The notes: generated from the sequence alone by a model not told the origin. A stretch of 64,000 bases of DNA from an uncultured Gemmatimonadales bacterium (GCA_963701965.1 OY969695.1:1344001-1408000); one strand, 5' to 3'; positions 10,276-20,840 are shown, counted from the first letter of the stretch. Translations and numbers: made by a program.

Positions 10276-10491
10276 TTACTTGAACAGCCCACCGAAGTGT
10301 TGTTTGAACTTCTGCTCCACGTCGGCGATCGTCCCCTGAAAATTGCCCGACAGCATCTCGTCAATGTGCGCCGAGACGGGAGCCGGCAGGCGGGATTTGA
10401 TTTGGGTCACGACCGTGTCGACCGCCTGATGCGCTTTTTCGGGAGTAATGCCGGTCCGCGCCTGCACCTTCTGGATCAAATCGTCGAGCAC
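10276..10491 (-). CDS. Small hypothetical protein (DUF2267-like)
   Basis: GGAGG SD then GTG; LDDLIQKVQARTGITPEKAHQAVDTV...RLPAP pattern; 71 aa. Confidence 0.72.
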   Translation of the reverse strand: MLDDLIQKVQARTGITPEKAHQAVDTVVTQIKSRLPAPVSAHIDEMLSGNFQGTIADVEQKFKQHFGGLFK

Positions 10492-10608
10492 GACGCCTCC
10501 ACCGCGAGTGCGAGCAGTTGTGAAAAGACATTCGGGGACTGAACGTTCCCAAGGTTCCCATGGCCAGGCCCGGTTGTCCAGCCCACCCTCTTCCGTCGGA
10601 GACCGATC

Positions 10609-11061
10609 GTGTGGAATGACTTCAAGGCGTTCATCATGCGCGGCAACGTGGTCGACCTGGCGGTCGGAGTCATCATCGGCGCGGCATTCGGCGCGATCGT
10701 GAAGTCGCTGGTCGATGATGTGCTCATGCCGCCGCTCGGTCTGGCCACGGGGGGACTCGACTTCTCGAACAAGTTCGTCGTCCTCAAGGAGGGCGCGAAA
10801 CACGCCGCGCCCTATATCTCGCTGGCCGACGCCAAGGACGCGGGCGCCGTGACGATGGCCTACGGGTTGTTCATCAATCAGATCGTCTCGTTTCTCATCG
10901 TGGCCTTCTGCGTGTTCCTGCTGGTCCGCGCCGTGGCCAAGCTGCACCACGCCAAGGCGGCGCCGCCGGCAACCAAGGCGTGCACGTACTGCGCGACGCA
11001 GATCCCGATCCCGGCCACGCGCTGCCCGAACTGCACGTCGCAGCTCGCGGTCAGCGGTTGA
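10609..11061 (+). CDS. mscL: Large-conductance mechanosensitive channel with C-terminal CxxC-CxxC extension
   Basis: [42 protein letters not shown]. Confidence 0.96.
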   Translation: MWNDFKAFIMRGNVVDLAVGVIIGAAFGAIVKSLVDDVLMPPLGLATGGLDFSNKFVVLKEGAKHAAPYISLADAKDAGAVTMAYGLFINQIVSFLIVAFCVFLLVRAVAKLHHAKAAPPATKACTYCATQIPIPATRCPNCTSQLAVSG

Positions 11062-12031
11062 CCATGGCCATCTGCGGCGCGGCGTAGCGGGTGCCGGCGA
11101 CGGGCTGCTGACCCAGCGCCGATTCGATCGATTGCCACTCGTCGGCGGTGAGGACAATGTCCGGGGCGCCGAGGGCTTCGCTGAGTTGGTCTCGGCGCCG
11201 TGCGCCGATAAGAGGGATGACGTCCGCACCGCGTGAAAGCACCCAGGCAAAGGCCAGCTGCGTCGGTGTGACGCCGTGGGCATTGGCCGAGGCGCGGAGC
11301 GCCTCGACGACGCGCATGTTCTGATCGAGGTTCGGCCCCGTGAACCGGGGGAGGTGGGTGCGATAGTCGCCTGGCGCAAACACGGACGGGCTCGCGCTGG
11401 TCCGGCTCAGCAGGCCGCGGCTCAGCACGCCGTAGGCGACGAGTGAGATGCCGAGCTCGCGCAGCGTGGGGAGTACCTGGGCCTCGATGTCGCGATCGAC
11501 GAGCGAGTACTCGACCTCGAGCGCCGCGATCGGGTGAATGGCGACGGCGCGGCGCACGGTGTCCACGGCGGCCTCGGAAAGGCCAATGTGGCGGACGTAT
11601 CCGGCGCGCACGAGATCGGCGATCGCGCCGACGGTTTCCTCGATCGGCACATTGGGGTCGACCCGGGCCGGCTGGTACAGATCGACGTAGTCGGTGCCCA
11701 GTCGTTTGAGGGTGTAGGCCAGCGACGCCTTCGTTGCTTCGGGCCGGGCATTGAATCCGAGCCACGCCCCGGCCGGATCGCGCAGGGCGCCGAACTTGAC
11801 GGAGATGAAGGCCTGCGGGCGGCGGCCGCGGATGCCCTCCCGGACCAACAACTCGTTGTGGCCCATCCCGTAGAAATCGCCGGTGTTGAGCAGGGTCACG
11901 CCGGCGTCGAGGGCGGCGCGGATGGTGGCGACGCTCTCGGCGTCGTCCGCGAGGCCATACGTACCCGACATCCCCATGCAGCCGAGGCCGAGGATGGACA
12001 CGGTTTCGCCGCCGATCGTAGTTGTTCTCAT
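11051..12031 (-). CDS. Aldo/keto reductase
   Basis: [44 protein letters not shown]. Confidence 0.93.
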   Translation of the reverse strand: MRTTTIGGETVSILGLGCMGMSGTYGLADDAESVATIRAALDAGVTLLNTGDFYGMGHNELLVREGIRGRRPQAFISVKFGALRDPAGAWLGFNARPEATKASLAYTLKRLGTDYVDLYQPARVDPNVPIEETVGAIADLVRAGYVRHIGLSEAAVDTVRRAVAIHPIAALEVEYSLVDRDIEAQVLPTLRELGISLVAYGVLSRGLLSRTSASPSVFAPGDYRTHLPRFTGPNLDQNMRVVEALRASANAHGVTPTQLAFAWVLSRGADVIPLIGARRRDQLSEALGAPDIVLTADEWQSIESALGQQPVAGTRYAAPQMAMVNR

Positions 12032-12083
12032 ATGGGTAGAACGCACCCACCGGCGCAATGTTGACACTATCAACACCAACGTC

Positions 12084-12112
12084 TTGACAAGATATTTTGT
12101 CTAGACTAGCAT
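12084..12112 (+). promoter_or_regulatory. Sigma70 promoter TTGACA-17-TAGCAT with overlapping operator-like inverted repeat GACAA-N6-TTGTC
   Basis: -35 at 12084-12089, -10 at 12107-12112, ATG 7 nt downstream. Confidence 0.7.
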
Positions 12113-12119
12113 CTTGGTC

Positions 12120-12725
12120 ATGGCGACTGCTGCTCTAGAAGTCATCGAGGATCCGGACCGGGCTGCGTCGATCCTCCATCCGATCCGACGGCGGCTTCTC
12201 GACGCCCTGCACGAGCCGGACTCGGCCGCCGGCCTGGCCCGGAAGCTGGGCCTGCCGCGCCAGGCGGTGACGTACCATGTCCGCCAGCTCGAGGCCGATG
12301 GCCTGGTCTCCTTCGTCGCCGAACGCCGGAAACGCAACTGCGTCGAACGCGTGGTCGAGGCCACGGCGCGCACGTACGTCATCTCCCCCGCCGCGCTCGG
12401 GGTCCTCGGCGCCGATCCGAGTCGGGTCGCCGACCGGTTCTCGTCGGCCTACCAGATCGCGGTCGCGTCACGCCTGATCGGCGACGTCACGACGCTTCGC
12501 CGCCGGGCCACGGCCGCCAACAAGCGCCTGGCGACCCTCACGCTCGAGACCCAGGTGCGATTCGAGACGCCCGCCGACCAGCACGCGTTCGCCGCGGAGC
12601 TTACCGACGCGCTGGCGCAACTGGCGCGGAAGTATCACCGCGCCAATGCCGTCGGAGGCCGCACGTTCACCGTCGTCGTCGCCGGCCACCCGACCGTCGA
12701 CGCCACATCAGGAGCATCCGTATGA
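12120..12725 (+). CDS. ArsR-like winged-helix transcriptional regulator
   Basis: HPIRRRLL...SAAGLARKLGLPRQAVTYHVRQLEADGLV. Confidence 0.88.
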   Translation: MATAALEVIEDPDRAASILHPIRRRLLDALHEPDSAAGLARKLGLPRQAVTYHVRQLEADGLVSFVAERRKRNCVERVVEATARTYVISPAALGVLGADPSRVADRFSSAYQIAVASRLIGDVTTLRRRATAANKRLATLTLETQVRFETPADQHAFAAELTDALAQLARKYHRANAVGGRTFTVVVAGHPTVDATSGASV

Positions 12726-13540
12726 GCCAGACCCGCTCAGCCGAGTATGTCGTCCCGATCGCCGCGCCGCCGGAGGTCGTGTGGAAGGCGCTCACCGATC
12801 CGCGGGAGCTCACCCGCTGGTTTCCGCTCACGGCCCAGGTCACGCCGGGCACCGGAGGCGAGATGCGGCTCCGATGGGGTGACCAATCCGGCGACGACAT
12901 GCCGATCCTGGTTTGGGAGCCGGCGCGGCATCTCTCGGTCGGCATGGCCAAACCGCCGGAATCCGTGCGCAACGGCGACGAGCCGCACGTCGTCACGGAC
13001 TTCCGGCTCGAGGAGACCGGCGGATCGACGGTGCTGCGCGTCGTCGCCCACGGGTTCGATCCGGACGCGAAATGGGATGATTTCTTCAACGGCATCCGCC
13101 GTGGGTGGCGCTACGAGCTGCAAAGTCTCCGGCATTACCTGGAGCATCACCGCTCGCAAGACCGCGCCGTGGCGTGGGTGCGGACGCCGATCGCCGTGAG
13201 CGCCGAGCGCGCCTGGGCGACGCTGTTCGGCTCCGGTGGCTGGAGGGCCGACGCGCCGATCGAGCGCGCGCGGCGCGACGATCGGTACTCGGTCACGGCG
13301 CCGGACGGCACGGTCATCACGGGCACCGTCGTCATCGCCGAGCACCCGCGCGACTTCACGGGCACCGCGGAGGGCGCTGACCTCAACAACGCGTTCCTGC
13401 GGATGCAGGTCGACGCGGTCGGAGGGCGCCTCGAGCTCAGCCTGTGGCTCGAAGCGTGGGGCGTGGAGCCGACGCGGTTGGCGGCGCTCCAAACCGCGTG
13501 GCAGCCGGCGCTCTCACGGTTGTTTGCCCGGGCGGCGTAG
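12722..13540 (+). CDS. SRPBCC (AHSA1-like) domain protein
   Basis: IAAPPEVVWKALTDPRELTRWF and GW...L..L..YLE; ATGA overlap with the regulator. Confidence 0.85.
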   Translation: MSQTRSAEYVVPIAAPPEVVWKALTDPRELTRWFPLTAQVTPGTGGEMRLRWGDQSGDDMPILVWEPARHLSVGMAKPPESVRNGDEPHVVTDFRLEETGGSTVLRVVAHGFDPDAKWDDFFNGIRRGWRYELQSLRHYLEHHRSQDRAVAWVRTPIAVSAERAWATLFGSGGWRADAPIERARRDDRYSVTAPDGTVITGTVVIAEHPRDFTGTAEGADLNNAFLRMQVDAVGGRLELSLWLEAWGVEPTRLAALQTAWQPALSRLFARAA

Positions 13541-13588
13541 CGGCGGCGCTTGTCAGGCGGCCCGTCGATTCCTACCTTCGACGGGCCG

Positions 13589-16354
13589 ATGTTGCGATTG
13601 CATCTTCTTGGGCCACTGGAACTTGGGCGGAACGAGGACGACCTCGGCGCCGTGCTTGCGCAGCCGAAACGGTTCGCGTTGCTCGCCTACCTGGCGACTG
13701 GCGCGACCGGCTTTCAGCGACGCGACACGCTCCTCGCCGTGTTCTGGCCCGAGCTCGATCAGTTCGCGGCGCGGCGTGCCCTGCGGAATACGCTGTACCA
13801 ACTCCGGCGCGCGTTGGGCGATGACGTCTTCGTCACCCGGGGTGACGACGAGGTCATGATCGATCGCGCCAAGCTCTGGTGCGATGCCTGGGCGCTGCGC
13901 GAAGCGGTAGGTGAGCGGCGATATGACGAGGCCATCGCCCTGTATCGCGGCGAGCTCATGGAAGGGTTTCACGTGAGCAACGTCGGCGAAGCGTTCGAGG
14001 CGTGGCTCGCCCGGGAGCGCGCCCAGGCGCTCGACGTGACCCTGCGCGCGCTGGGTGCCATCGTCGAGCAGCACCAACGCGACGGGCATCACGCCGCCGC
14101 GGCGCGCGCCGCGATGCGGGCGACGGAGTTGGCGCCGTTCGACGAGAGTTGGCTCCGGCGCGCGGCGCTTGCGCTCGAAGCGAGCGGTGATCGCGCTGGG
14201 GCCCTGCGCGCCTGCGACGCGTTCGCGCGTCGCCTCGCGACGGAGCTCGACGTAAAGCCGGGTGCCGAGATTCGCGCGGTCGTGGAGCGGCTGCGCGCGG
14301 AGGGCTCGGCGGCTGTCGCCGCCTCGCCCCCGCGTCCCCCGCACGCCGACGCCACGCCGCGCGTGCTGCCCAATGGCTCCCCTGGCGCGATCTCCAACGC
14401 GGCGCCTACAGCGCCTATCGGTGCAATGGCCAGTGCGCCGTCTAGTACGACGCCCAATGTGCCGCCTCGTGCGACGCCCAATGCGCCGTCTACTGCGCCC
14501 CCCAACGCGACGCCCGTTGCACCGGCCAGTACGACGCCCGCTGCGCCGCCGCCAATGGACGGATCACCTGCGGCGCTCACGCCGCCATCGCCACCGGCCG
14601 GACGGCGCGGGCCGAAGGCCTGGCGCCGCTCTTGGCTGGGGATGGCGGCCCTCTGCCTGCTCGCGCTGACTGCCGTCGCGTTCTGGCCCCGCCCACGCAA
14701 CGCAACCCACGAACGCCACCGGGTTTTAGTCACGCTGTTCGAAAACCGCACCGGCGACCCCAAGCTCGATCCATTGAGCGACATGGCGGTCGACTGGATC
14801 ACCCGTGGCCTCTTACAGACGCGCCTCGTCGACGTCGTCGACCCGCGCGTGCTCTACGCCCGCGCCCACGGCACGGCCCCGTCCAACCCGGAGCAGTTAG
14901 CCCACCGCAACGGCGCCGGCACCGTGATCACGGGGAGCTACTACCGCTCCGGCGACAGCCTCCTCTTCATCGCCAACATCACCAATGCCAACGGCGAAGT
15001 GCTCCGCAGCATCGGCCCCCTCGCGGCCAGCATATCGCGCCCAGTCGACGGCATCGAGTCGACGCGCTCCCGCGTCATGACATCGCTGACCTTGCTGTTC
15101 GACCCCCGCACGCGAGCCCACGCCAGCCCGGCGACGACGCCGCCGCCGTTCGAGGCGTACCAGCCGTACCTCGAGGCCCAAGACATGTTCTGGCTCGGCC
15201 ACGCCGCCCGCGCCGAGTCGCTGGACGCGGTAGCGTGGCACCGCGACACGTCGTTCAGCGCCGCCGCGATCGCCTTGGCCGCGGCCGCCGCGCGCTTGGC
15301 CGACTGCGCCCGCGTGGACTCGATCGACGCGGCGCTCAGCGCCAGCCGGTCCCTGGAGACGCTCGACCGTCTGAATCTCAAGATCGCCGTGGCCCACTGC
15401 CACGGCCGCAACGATGAGATGCTCCGGCTCGCCGTGGAGCGCGCCCACAGTGTCCCAGTCACGTCGCCTTTGCAGGTCTCGACCGCCGGCGCGGCCCTCT
15501 GGGCCAATCACCCAGCCGTCGCCGTGGCGATCCTCGAGCGGCTCGACCCACGGGTCGATCTCGATTGGATGCCCTCACCCGACCTCGTCGATTTCTACAA
15601 CGACATCGACGAGGGGTATCATCTCCTCGGCCGACACGACGATGAGCTCGCACAGGCGAACCACAGCGGCCCCTTCCTGCACGGGATGCTCGAACGGGGC
15701 CGCGCCTTGGCCGCGCTCGGCCGGTCCGCCGACGCGCTGCGGACGCTGGACACCGCCTTCACACTGCCGCCGGAAGACGACCTGTCCGGCGGCATGGCCC
15801 CCAACATGGACGGTCGGACGCAGTACGCGGGATCGGCGGCCTGGGTCGGCCTGTGGCTGGCGCGGGAGCTCGCCGTGCACGGCGATTCGCTCGCCGCCCG
15901 CACGGCCGCGGCCCGCACCGTGTCCTGGCTCGACAATCTGCCGTTGGCCGAGCATCGCGCGCCCGAGGTGCGCCTCTTCAAAGCGGAGCTGCTGGAGCAG
16001 ACGGGCGCGCTCGCCGACGCGGAGGACTTGGCGCGGGGACTCGTGCGCGACGACCCGGCCGAGATCGACTATCGCGGCATCCTGGCCGGCCTCGCGGCCG
16101 CCCGCGGCGACACGGCGCTGGTCGACCAACTCGACGCCTGGCTCGCGGCTGTGCCGCCCAGCCGGGCCAGTTGGGGCGCCTCGTACTATCGCGCCCGCGC
16201 CGCGGCCCGCCTCGGCCGGCAGGACCGGGCAGTCGCCTTGGTGCGGGAAACACTCGCGGCCGGCGCATGGCCAATGTGGCTGCATATCGATCCCCTGCTC
16301 CACCCCCTCACCAACCGGCCGGACTACATCGCGCTGACCAAGCCGCGCGGATAA
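13589..16354 (+). CDS. Membrane-anchored SARP/BTAD transcriptional activator with C-terminal TolB-N-like and TPR-like region
   Basis: LHLLGPLEL, PKRFALLAYL, RDTLLAVFWPE, ALYRGELMEGF, FEAWL..ER (SARP/BTAD); Pro-rich linker; TM WLGMAALCLLALTAVAFW; VLVTLFENRTGD. Confidence 0.85.
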   Translation: MLRLHLLGPLELGRNEDDLGAVLAQPKRFALLAYLATGATGFQRRDTLLAVFWPELDQFAARRALRNTLYQLRRALGDDVFVTRGDDEVMIDRAKLWCDAWALREAVGERRYDEAIALYRGELMEGFHVSNVGEAFEAWLARERAQALDVTLRALGAIVEQHQRDGHHAAAARAAMRATELAPFDESWLRRAALALEASGDRAGALRACDAFARRLATELDVKPGAEIRAVVERLRAEGSAAVAASPPRPPHADATPRVLPNGSPGAISNAAPTAPIGAMASAPSSTTPNVPPRATPNAPSTAPPNATPVAPASTTPAAPPPMDGSPAALTPPSPPAGRRGPKAWRRSWLGMAALCLLALTAVAFWPRPRNATHERHRVLVTLFENRTGDPKLDPLSDMAVDWITRGLLQTRLVDVVDPRVLYARAHGTAPSNPEQLAHRNGAGTVITGSYYRSGDSLLFIANITNANGEVLRSIGPLAASISRPVDGIESTRSRVMTSLTLLFDPRTRAHASPATTPPPFEAYQPYLEAQDMFWLGHAARAESLDAVAWHRDTSFSAAAIALAAAAARLADCARVDSIDAALSASRSLETLDRLNLKIAVAHCHGRNDEMLRLAVERAHSVPVTSPLQVSTAGAALWANHPAVAVAILERLDPRVDLDWMPSPDLVDFYNDIDEGYHLLGRHDDELAQANHSGPFLHGMLERGRALAALGRSADALRTLDTAFTLPPEDDLSGGMAPNMDGRTQYAGSAAWVGLWLARELAVHGDSLAARTAAARTVSWLDNLPLAEHRAPEVRLFKAELLEQTGALADAEDLARGLVRDDPAEIDYRGILAGLAAARGDTALVDQLDAWLAAVPPSRASWGASYYRARAAARLGRQDRAVALVRETLAAGAWPMWLHIDPLLHPLTNRPDYIALTKPRG
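14393..14552 (+). repeat. Degenerate 12/24-nt coding tandem repeat (Pro-rich linker)
   Basis: Recurring ACGCCCAATGyG and CCGTCTAsT units encoding TPNV/PPRA/TPNA/PSTA/PPNA. Confidence 0.65.
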
Positions 16355-16356
16355 AA

Positions 16357-16409
16357 GACGGCCGGGCGACGGCCGCTTGGACAGCCGAGAGACATCGGGC
16401 CAGTAGTCT
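16357..16409 (+). promoter_or_regulatory. Four phased direct repeats (GACGGCCG x2, GACAGCCG, GACATCGG) plus -10 TAGTCT; putative SARP-binding promoter
   Basis: Repeats at 16357, 16368, 16380 and 16391 (spacing 11, 12, 11); -10-like hexamer at 16404-16409. Confidence 0.6.
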
Positions 16410-16439
16410 GTTCGCGTCACCGCACCGGGAGACCCGAAC

Positions 16440-17508
16440 ATGCGCCCGATTCTCGTCATTGCCCTCGTCGTCGCTGCGTGTACGACCAACCAGCAGACGG
16501 CCGCGAACGACCCCTGCGTCTATCTGGCCCCCACCGAAGCGGAGCCCTACGTGGGACCGCTGGCCACGCCACCCTATCGGTTCAACGGCAGCGCTCCAGA
16601 TCCCCAGGGCGAGACCTGCGTCTACCGCGGCCGCGATGGCCGCAGCATCACCGTCGAAGGGCTAGCACGGCGGAGCCAGCAGCGGCATGGCGGCGGCGCA
16701 AAAAGCCACACAGCTAGTGGGCCAAGCCCTGCAAAAGGCCGGCGACCAGCAGTTGGCTGGTATGGCCGACAGAGTCATGCCCAAAGGGCCACCTGGCCCG
16801 TGGGACAACTCGATCTGGAGTCCCATCGGGACTCTCATCGTGGCCAAAGGCGAAAACGGACTGATGATCAATGTGAGCGCATCGAGCGCGGGAAAGACCG
16901 GGGCCTTTGACCTCGCGACGAAAGCGGTCCCGCGGCTCTCCCAGCCGTTGGAGTACGACGGAGCCAAGGCGGCGACCCTGGCGCCCAAACCGCACCTCGC
17001 GTTGGCCAACCCGTGCGATCTCATTCCGCGGGCCAAGGTCGAACAAGCGCTCGGCGGACTGTCGGGCGCGCCGCAGAAAGACCCGGCCGGAGGGACCTGT
17101 ACGTACAGCATCGCGACGTCCGATGGTCCCGAGGTCTATCCGATGAGCATTCAGTGGACCGACGGGTACCGGGCCTACGCCAGGGTTGCGCACAGTCCAG
17201 CCACGGTGTCGGAAGCGATGGGCGGCGGACTGCCGATGGGCGGGAACATGCCCGCCCTTCCGCCGGACGCGCAGAAAATGCTGGGCAAGTTCATGGGCGC
17301 GACGGTTGGGGTGTCGCCGCACTCCTCCGTCGTCACGCACGGCATGGCCCACGACACGACGTTGACGGGACCATGGGATGCGGGCGGTGTGCTCTTGGGC
17401 ACCACCATGGCCGTCACGTGTCACGATGTCATGGTCGCGATCGCGCTCCAGAAAGCCGACTACGACAAATCCAAGGCCCTGCTGGGCGCCGCATGCCGCA
17501 GCCTCTGA
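16440..17508 (+). CDS. Hypothetical lipoprotein with two DUF3558-like Cys-containing repeats; +1 frameshift at ~16664
   Basis: Lipobox VVAAC; repeats DPCVYL...CVY and NPCDLI...CTY. One-base removal in GGGCTAGCAC joins ORFs 16440 and 16687. Confidence 0.68.
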
Positions 17509-17545
17509 ACACCATCACGATCGTGGTGCTGCAGGCAGCGCCAGT

Positions 17546-18877
17546 TCACCGTCCCGTAGCCGTGTAGGTGACGCGCCAGACGCGTCCGCCCTTGTCGTCG
17601 GTGATGAACAGCGCGCCGTCCGGCGCGACGGCGAGGCCCGTCGGGCGATGGGCGGCCTGGTCGGGTTGCTTGATCGCGCCGGCGAAACCATCGGCGAACG
17701 TCTCGTACGCGCCTGACGGCGCCGCGTCGGCGAACGGCTGGAACACGACGTTGTACCCTTCCTGCGGACCGACCATGCGGTTCCACGACCCGTGGAACGC
17801 GACGAACGCGCCGCCCTTGTAGTGCGACGGGAACATCGCGCCCGAGTAGAACACGAGGCCATCCGGCGCCCAGTGCGCGGGGAAAAACGCGCCGGGCGCC
17901 GCTTTGTTCGCACACACGCCCACTTTCTTCCCACCGTCACCGCCATACTCCGGCGCGAGCACGAGCTTCTTTTGCGTGCCGTCGAAGTAGCACTCCGGCC
18001 AACCGAAGTCCGCGTTGGCCGTGAGGTGCATCAGTTCTTCGGCCGGGAGCTCGGCGCTCTGCTGCAGCGTGTACAACTTGGGGAAGTTGTCGCCGAGCTG
18101 GTCGCGGCCGTGCTGCGTGGACCACAGCGACCCATCCGCCGGATCGATCGCAATGCCGACCGCGTTGCGGAGGCCTGTCGCGAATCGCCCCGCTGACGAG
18201 AACCGCTGGCCCGTCTTGTTGGCATCGAATTTCCAGACGCCGCCCCGCCGTCGCAGCTCGGTGCACGGGTTGTGGCCGGGGGAGTTGGTCGTGCGGTTGG
18301 CGAGCTGGCACGAGTTGGACGCCGAACCCAGGTCGACGTAGAGCGCGCCGCTGGAATCGATGACGAACGGGTGCATCGGGTGATCGCCATCGAGCGGCAT
18401 ATCGGACACGATGGTCTCGGCCGTTGTATCCGGGCGCAAGCTTCCGTCGCGCATATGATACCGCACGATCAGCGGACCGGCCTCGGCGTACACATAGCCC
18501 TTGTATAGCGCGATGCCGGTGCCCCCGGTGCCGCCGGACGCCGGCGTCGGACCGAATCGCATGACCGAGTCAGCGACGCCGCTATGCTTGTCGTCGCGCA
18601 GCGCGACGAGAAACCCGCCGGCCGGCGGTCCTGAGAGAAAGTACTTGCCGCTCCACGTGTTGACGTACACGTCGCCGTTGGAGGCGACGACGATGTCGCG
18701 CGGATGGCCGAGGCTGTCGGCAAAGACCGTCGCGCAGAACCCGGGCGGCAACGTGATCCCGCCACTGTTGGTCGGACAGGAGCCTTCCGGCGGCACGCCG
18801 GCCGACTTGGCCTCCTGTGACCCTTCATTGCCTTTGTTGCAGGCCAGCGCCAGCAGTACGACGGCCCATACGCGCAT
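17546..18877 (-). CDS. PQQ-dependent sugar/sorbosone dehydrogenase lipoprotein
   Basis: Lipobox LALAC; ITLPPGF, FATGLRNAVG, HGRDQL, DFGWP, AFHGSWNR, RPTGLAVAPDGALFITDD. Confidence 0.88.
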   Translation of the reverse strand: MRVWAVVLLALACNKGNEGSQEAKSAGVPPEGSCPTNSGGITLPPGFCATVFADSLGHPRDIVVASNGDVYVNTWSGKYFLSGPPAGGFLVALRDDKHSGVADSVMRFGPTPASGGTGGTGIALYKGYVYAEAGPLIVRYHMRDGSLRPDTTAETIVSDMPLDGDHPMHPFVIDSSGALYVDLGSASNSCQLANRTTNSPGHNPCTELRRRGGVWKFDANKTGQRFSSAGRFATGLRNAVGIAIDPADGSLWSTQHGRDQLGDNFPKLYTLQQSAELPAEELMHLTANADFGWPECYFDGTQKKLVLAPEYGGDGGKKVGVCANKAAPGAFFPAHWAPDGLVFYSGAMFPSHYKGGAFVAFHGSWNRMVGPQEGYNVVFQPFADAAPSGAYETFADGFAGAIKQPDQAAHRPTGLAVAPDGALFITDDKGGRVWRVTYTATGR

Positions 18878-18882
18878 GCGGA

Positions 18883-19788
18883 TCACGGCATCCTCCACAG
18901 TTCGAATCGATTCGCGACCAACGATACAATGCCCACCTGATGCCGCCGCGTGTCCATCGACACATCGGCCGGCGGGGCCAGCCCGCCAATGCGTCGCACC
19001 AGCATCTTGCCTTCCAGCGTCGAGACGCTCGAATCGTTCCAGCTGGTGACGAGCACCATCCCGTCCGGTTCGATTTCGATGCCGTCGAAGCGGCCCTTGC
19101 CCGGCGCGACATCGGTGGGAGCCGCGGCCCCGGGCCGCCATTCCTGCACGGCCATGCCGCCGAATGGCGCCAGAAGGACTCAATGGTGTTGCCGATCCCA
19201 GTCGATGCCGTCGGGCAACGTCAGCGCCGCCGTCTCCAGCGCGACCACAGGCTTTCGGTCGCGGCCGACGTGATAAATGCGGTCGGGACCGGTGTGCTGG
19301 CTCTTGCCATCGGCCCCCACCTTGACGCCGGTGTCGGTGATATAGAAATCGTCGTCCGACCCGAGGGCCACATCGTTCAGAAACAGCGCATGGAGCGGCG
19401 CGAAATCGACCGTGGCCAGTGGAGCGCCGGTGCGGGCGTCGAACGCGCGCAGGACATCAATGTCAAGAACCCATAGGGTGTCGCCCTTGACGCGCGAGCC
19501 CATTGGGCCGTTGAGCGTCACACCGCCACGGCCGCCCTGAATGAAGTGCAGATTGTCGACCTGACCGTCGCGCCCGCGGATGCGTGAAATGAATCCGTTG
19601 TTGTCCTTGACGCCGGCATTACCGTTGATGTTACTCACAAAGTAACAATCCTGCGCGGCATCGTAACTGAGCGCCTCCGGCTGCGCGAGACCTTCACTCA
19701 CGGTCGCCACGCGTACAGGCGGGGGCGGCGGGGCCGGCGCGGCGATCAGCAGGACTCCGGCCGCTCCCACTACGGCGCGTATCATCAT
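18883..19788 (-). CDS. Secreted SMP-30/gluconolactonase-like beta-propeller; in-frame TGA at 19180-19182
   Basis: GLAQPE, FVSNING, LNGPMG, FLNDV, PDGI, FDGI. ORFs 19180-19788 and 18883-19155 share a frame and are separated only by CAT-TGA. Confidence 0.78.
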
Positions 19789-19844
19789 GTCGCAGGTATC
19801 CTCAATGGCTGGCTGACGTTCCTACGGCGCGTATCTTTGCCCGC

Positions 19845-20738
19845 ATGCCGGATCGACGCTACCACTACTATACCGTCGACGTCTTCGCCGAACGGCCGTT
19901 CGAGGGCAATCCGCTCGCGGTCGTGGTGGACGCCCGCGGGCTGGACACGTCAACTATGCAGGCGGTCGCGGCGGAGTTCAACTACGCCGAGTCCACGTTC
20001 ATCCTGCCCCCGCGCGATGCGGCGCACACCGCGCAGGTGCGCATCTTCACGCCGCGCGAAGAAGTGCCGTTCGCCGGCCACCCCAACGTCGGCACGGGTT
20101 TTCTCCTCGGCACGTTGGGCACGTGTCTGGGGCGGCCGCTGGGAACGACGCTCACGTTCGAGGAGCATGCGGGCGTGGTGCCCGTGGAGCTCGTGATCGA
20201 GAACGGCGCCACGGTTGGCGCGACGTTGACGGCGCCGGAACCGCTCACGCTCGGCGCCACGCCACCGGTCGACGTGGTGGCGGCGGCCGTGTTCCTCGAT
20301 GCGCCGGACATCATCACGCAGCGGCACGCGCCGGTCGTGGCGTCCGTCGGCTTGCCGTTTCTCATGGTCGAGTTGGCCTCTCGCGATGGGCTCCGCCGGG
20401 CGCGGCCCAACGTCGCCGCCCTCGGCGCGTTGCTGCACGACACGAAAGCGACCGGGATCCACCTGTACACCCGCGCCACCGATCGCTCGGCGGACATCTA
20501 CTGCCGGATGTTCGCTCCCGAAGCCGGCGTGTTCGAGGATCCGGCGACGGGCAGCGCCAACGCCGCTCTCACCGCTCTGCTGGCCACGCGCGACACGGTG
20601 CCCGGTGCCCTGTCGCTCCGGATCGCGCAGGGCATCGAGATGGGTCGTCCGAGTTTGCTCCTCACGGAAGTGCGCGACGCGCGCGTACGCGTCTCGGGAC
20701 GGTGCGCCTTGGTCATGCAGGGGACCCTTACGCTCTAG
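19845..20738 (+). CDS. PhzF-family epimerase/isomerase
   Basis: VDVFAERPFEGNPLAVV, RIFTP.EEVPFAGHP, EDPATGSA, QGIEMGRPS. Confidence 0.93.
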   Translation: MPDRRYHYYTVDVFAERPFEGNPLAVVVDARGLDTSTMQAVAAEFNYAESTFILPPRDAAHTAQVRIFTPREEVPFAGHPNVGTGFLLGTLGTCLGRPLGTTLTFEEHAGVVPVELVIENGATVGATLTAPEPLTLGATPPVDVVAAAVFLDAPDIITQRHAPVVASVGLPFLMVELASRDGLRRARPNVAALGALLHDTKATGIHLYTRATDRSADIYCRMFAPEAGVFEDPATGSANAALTALLATRDTVPGALSLRIAQGIEMGRPSLLLTEVRDARVRVSGRCALVMQGTLTL

Positions 20739-20784
20739 CAGAACGCTGAAGAACGCGCCTGCTCGAGCGCAAGTCGGTTGCACT

Positions 20785-20805
20785 GAGCTCCGCTGCGCGG
20801 AGCTC
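20785..20805. terminator. 9-bp GC-rich hairpin downstream of the PhzF gene (no U-tract)
   Basis: GAGCTCCGC-TGC-GCGGAGCTC. Confidence 0.4.
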
Positions 20806-20840
20806 TAGCGATCCCATCGGGTTTGGGCCAGAATTGTCCC

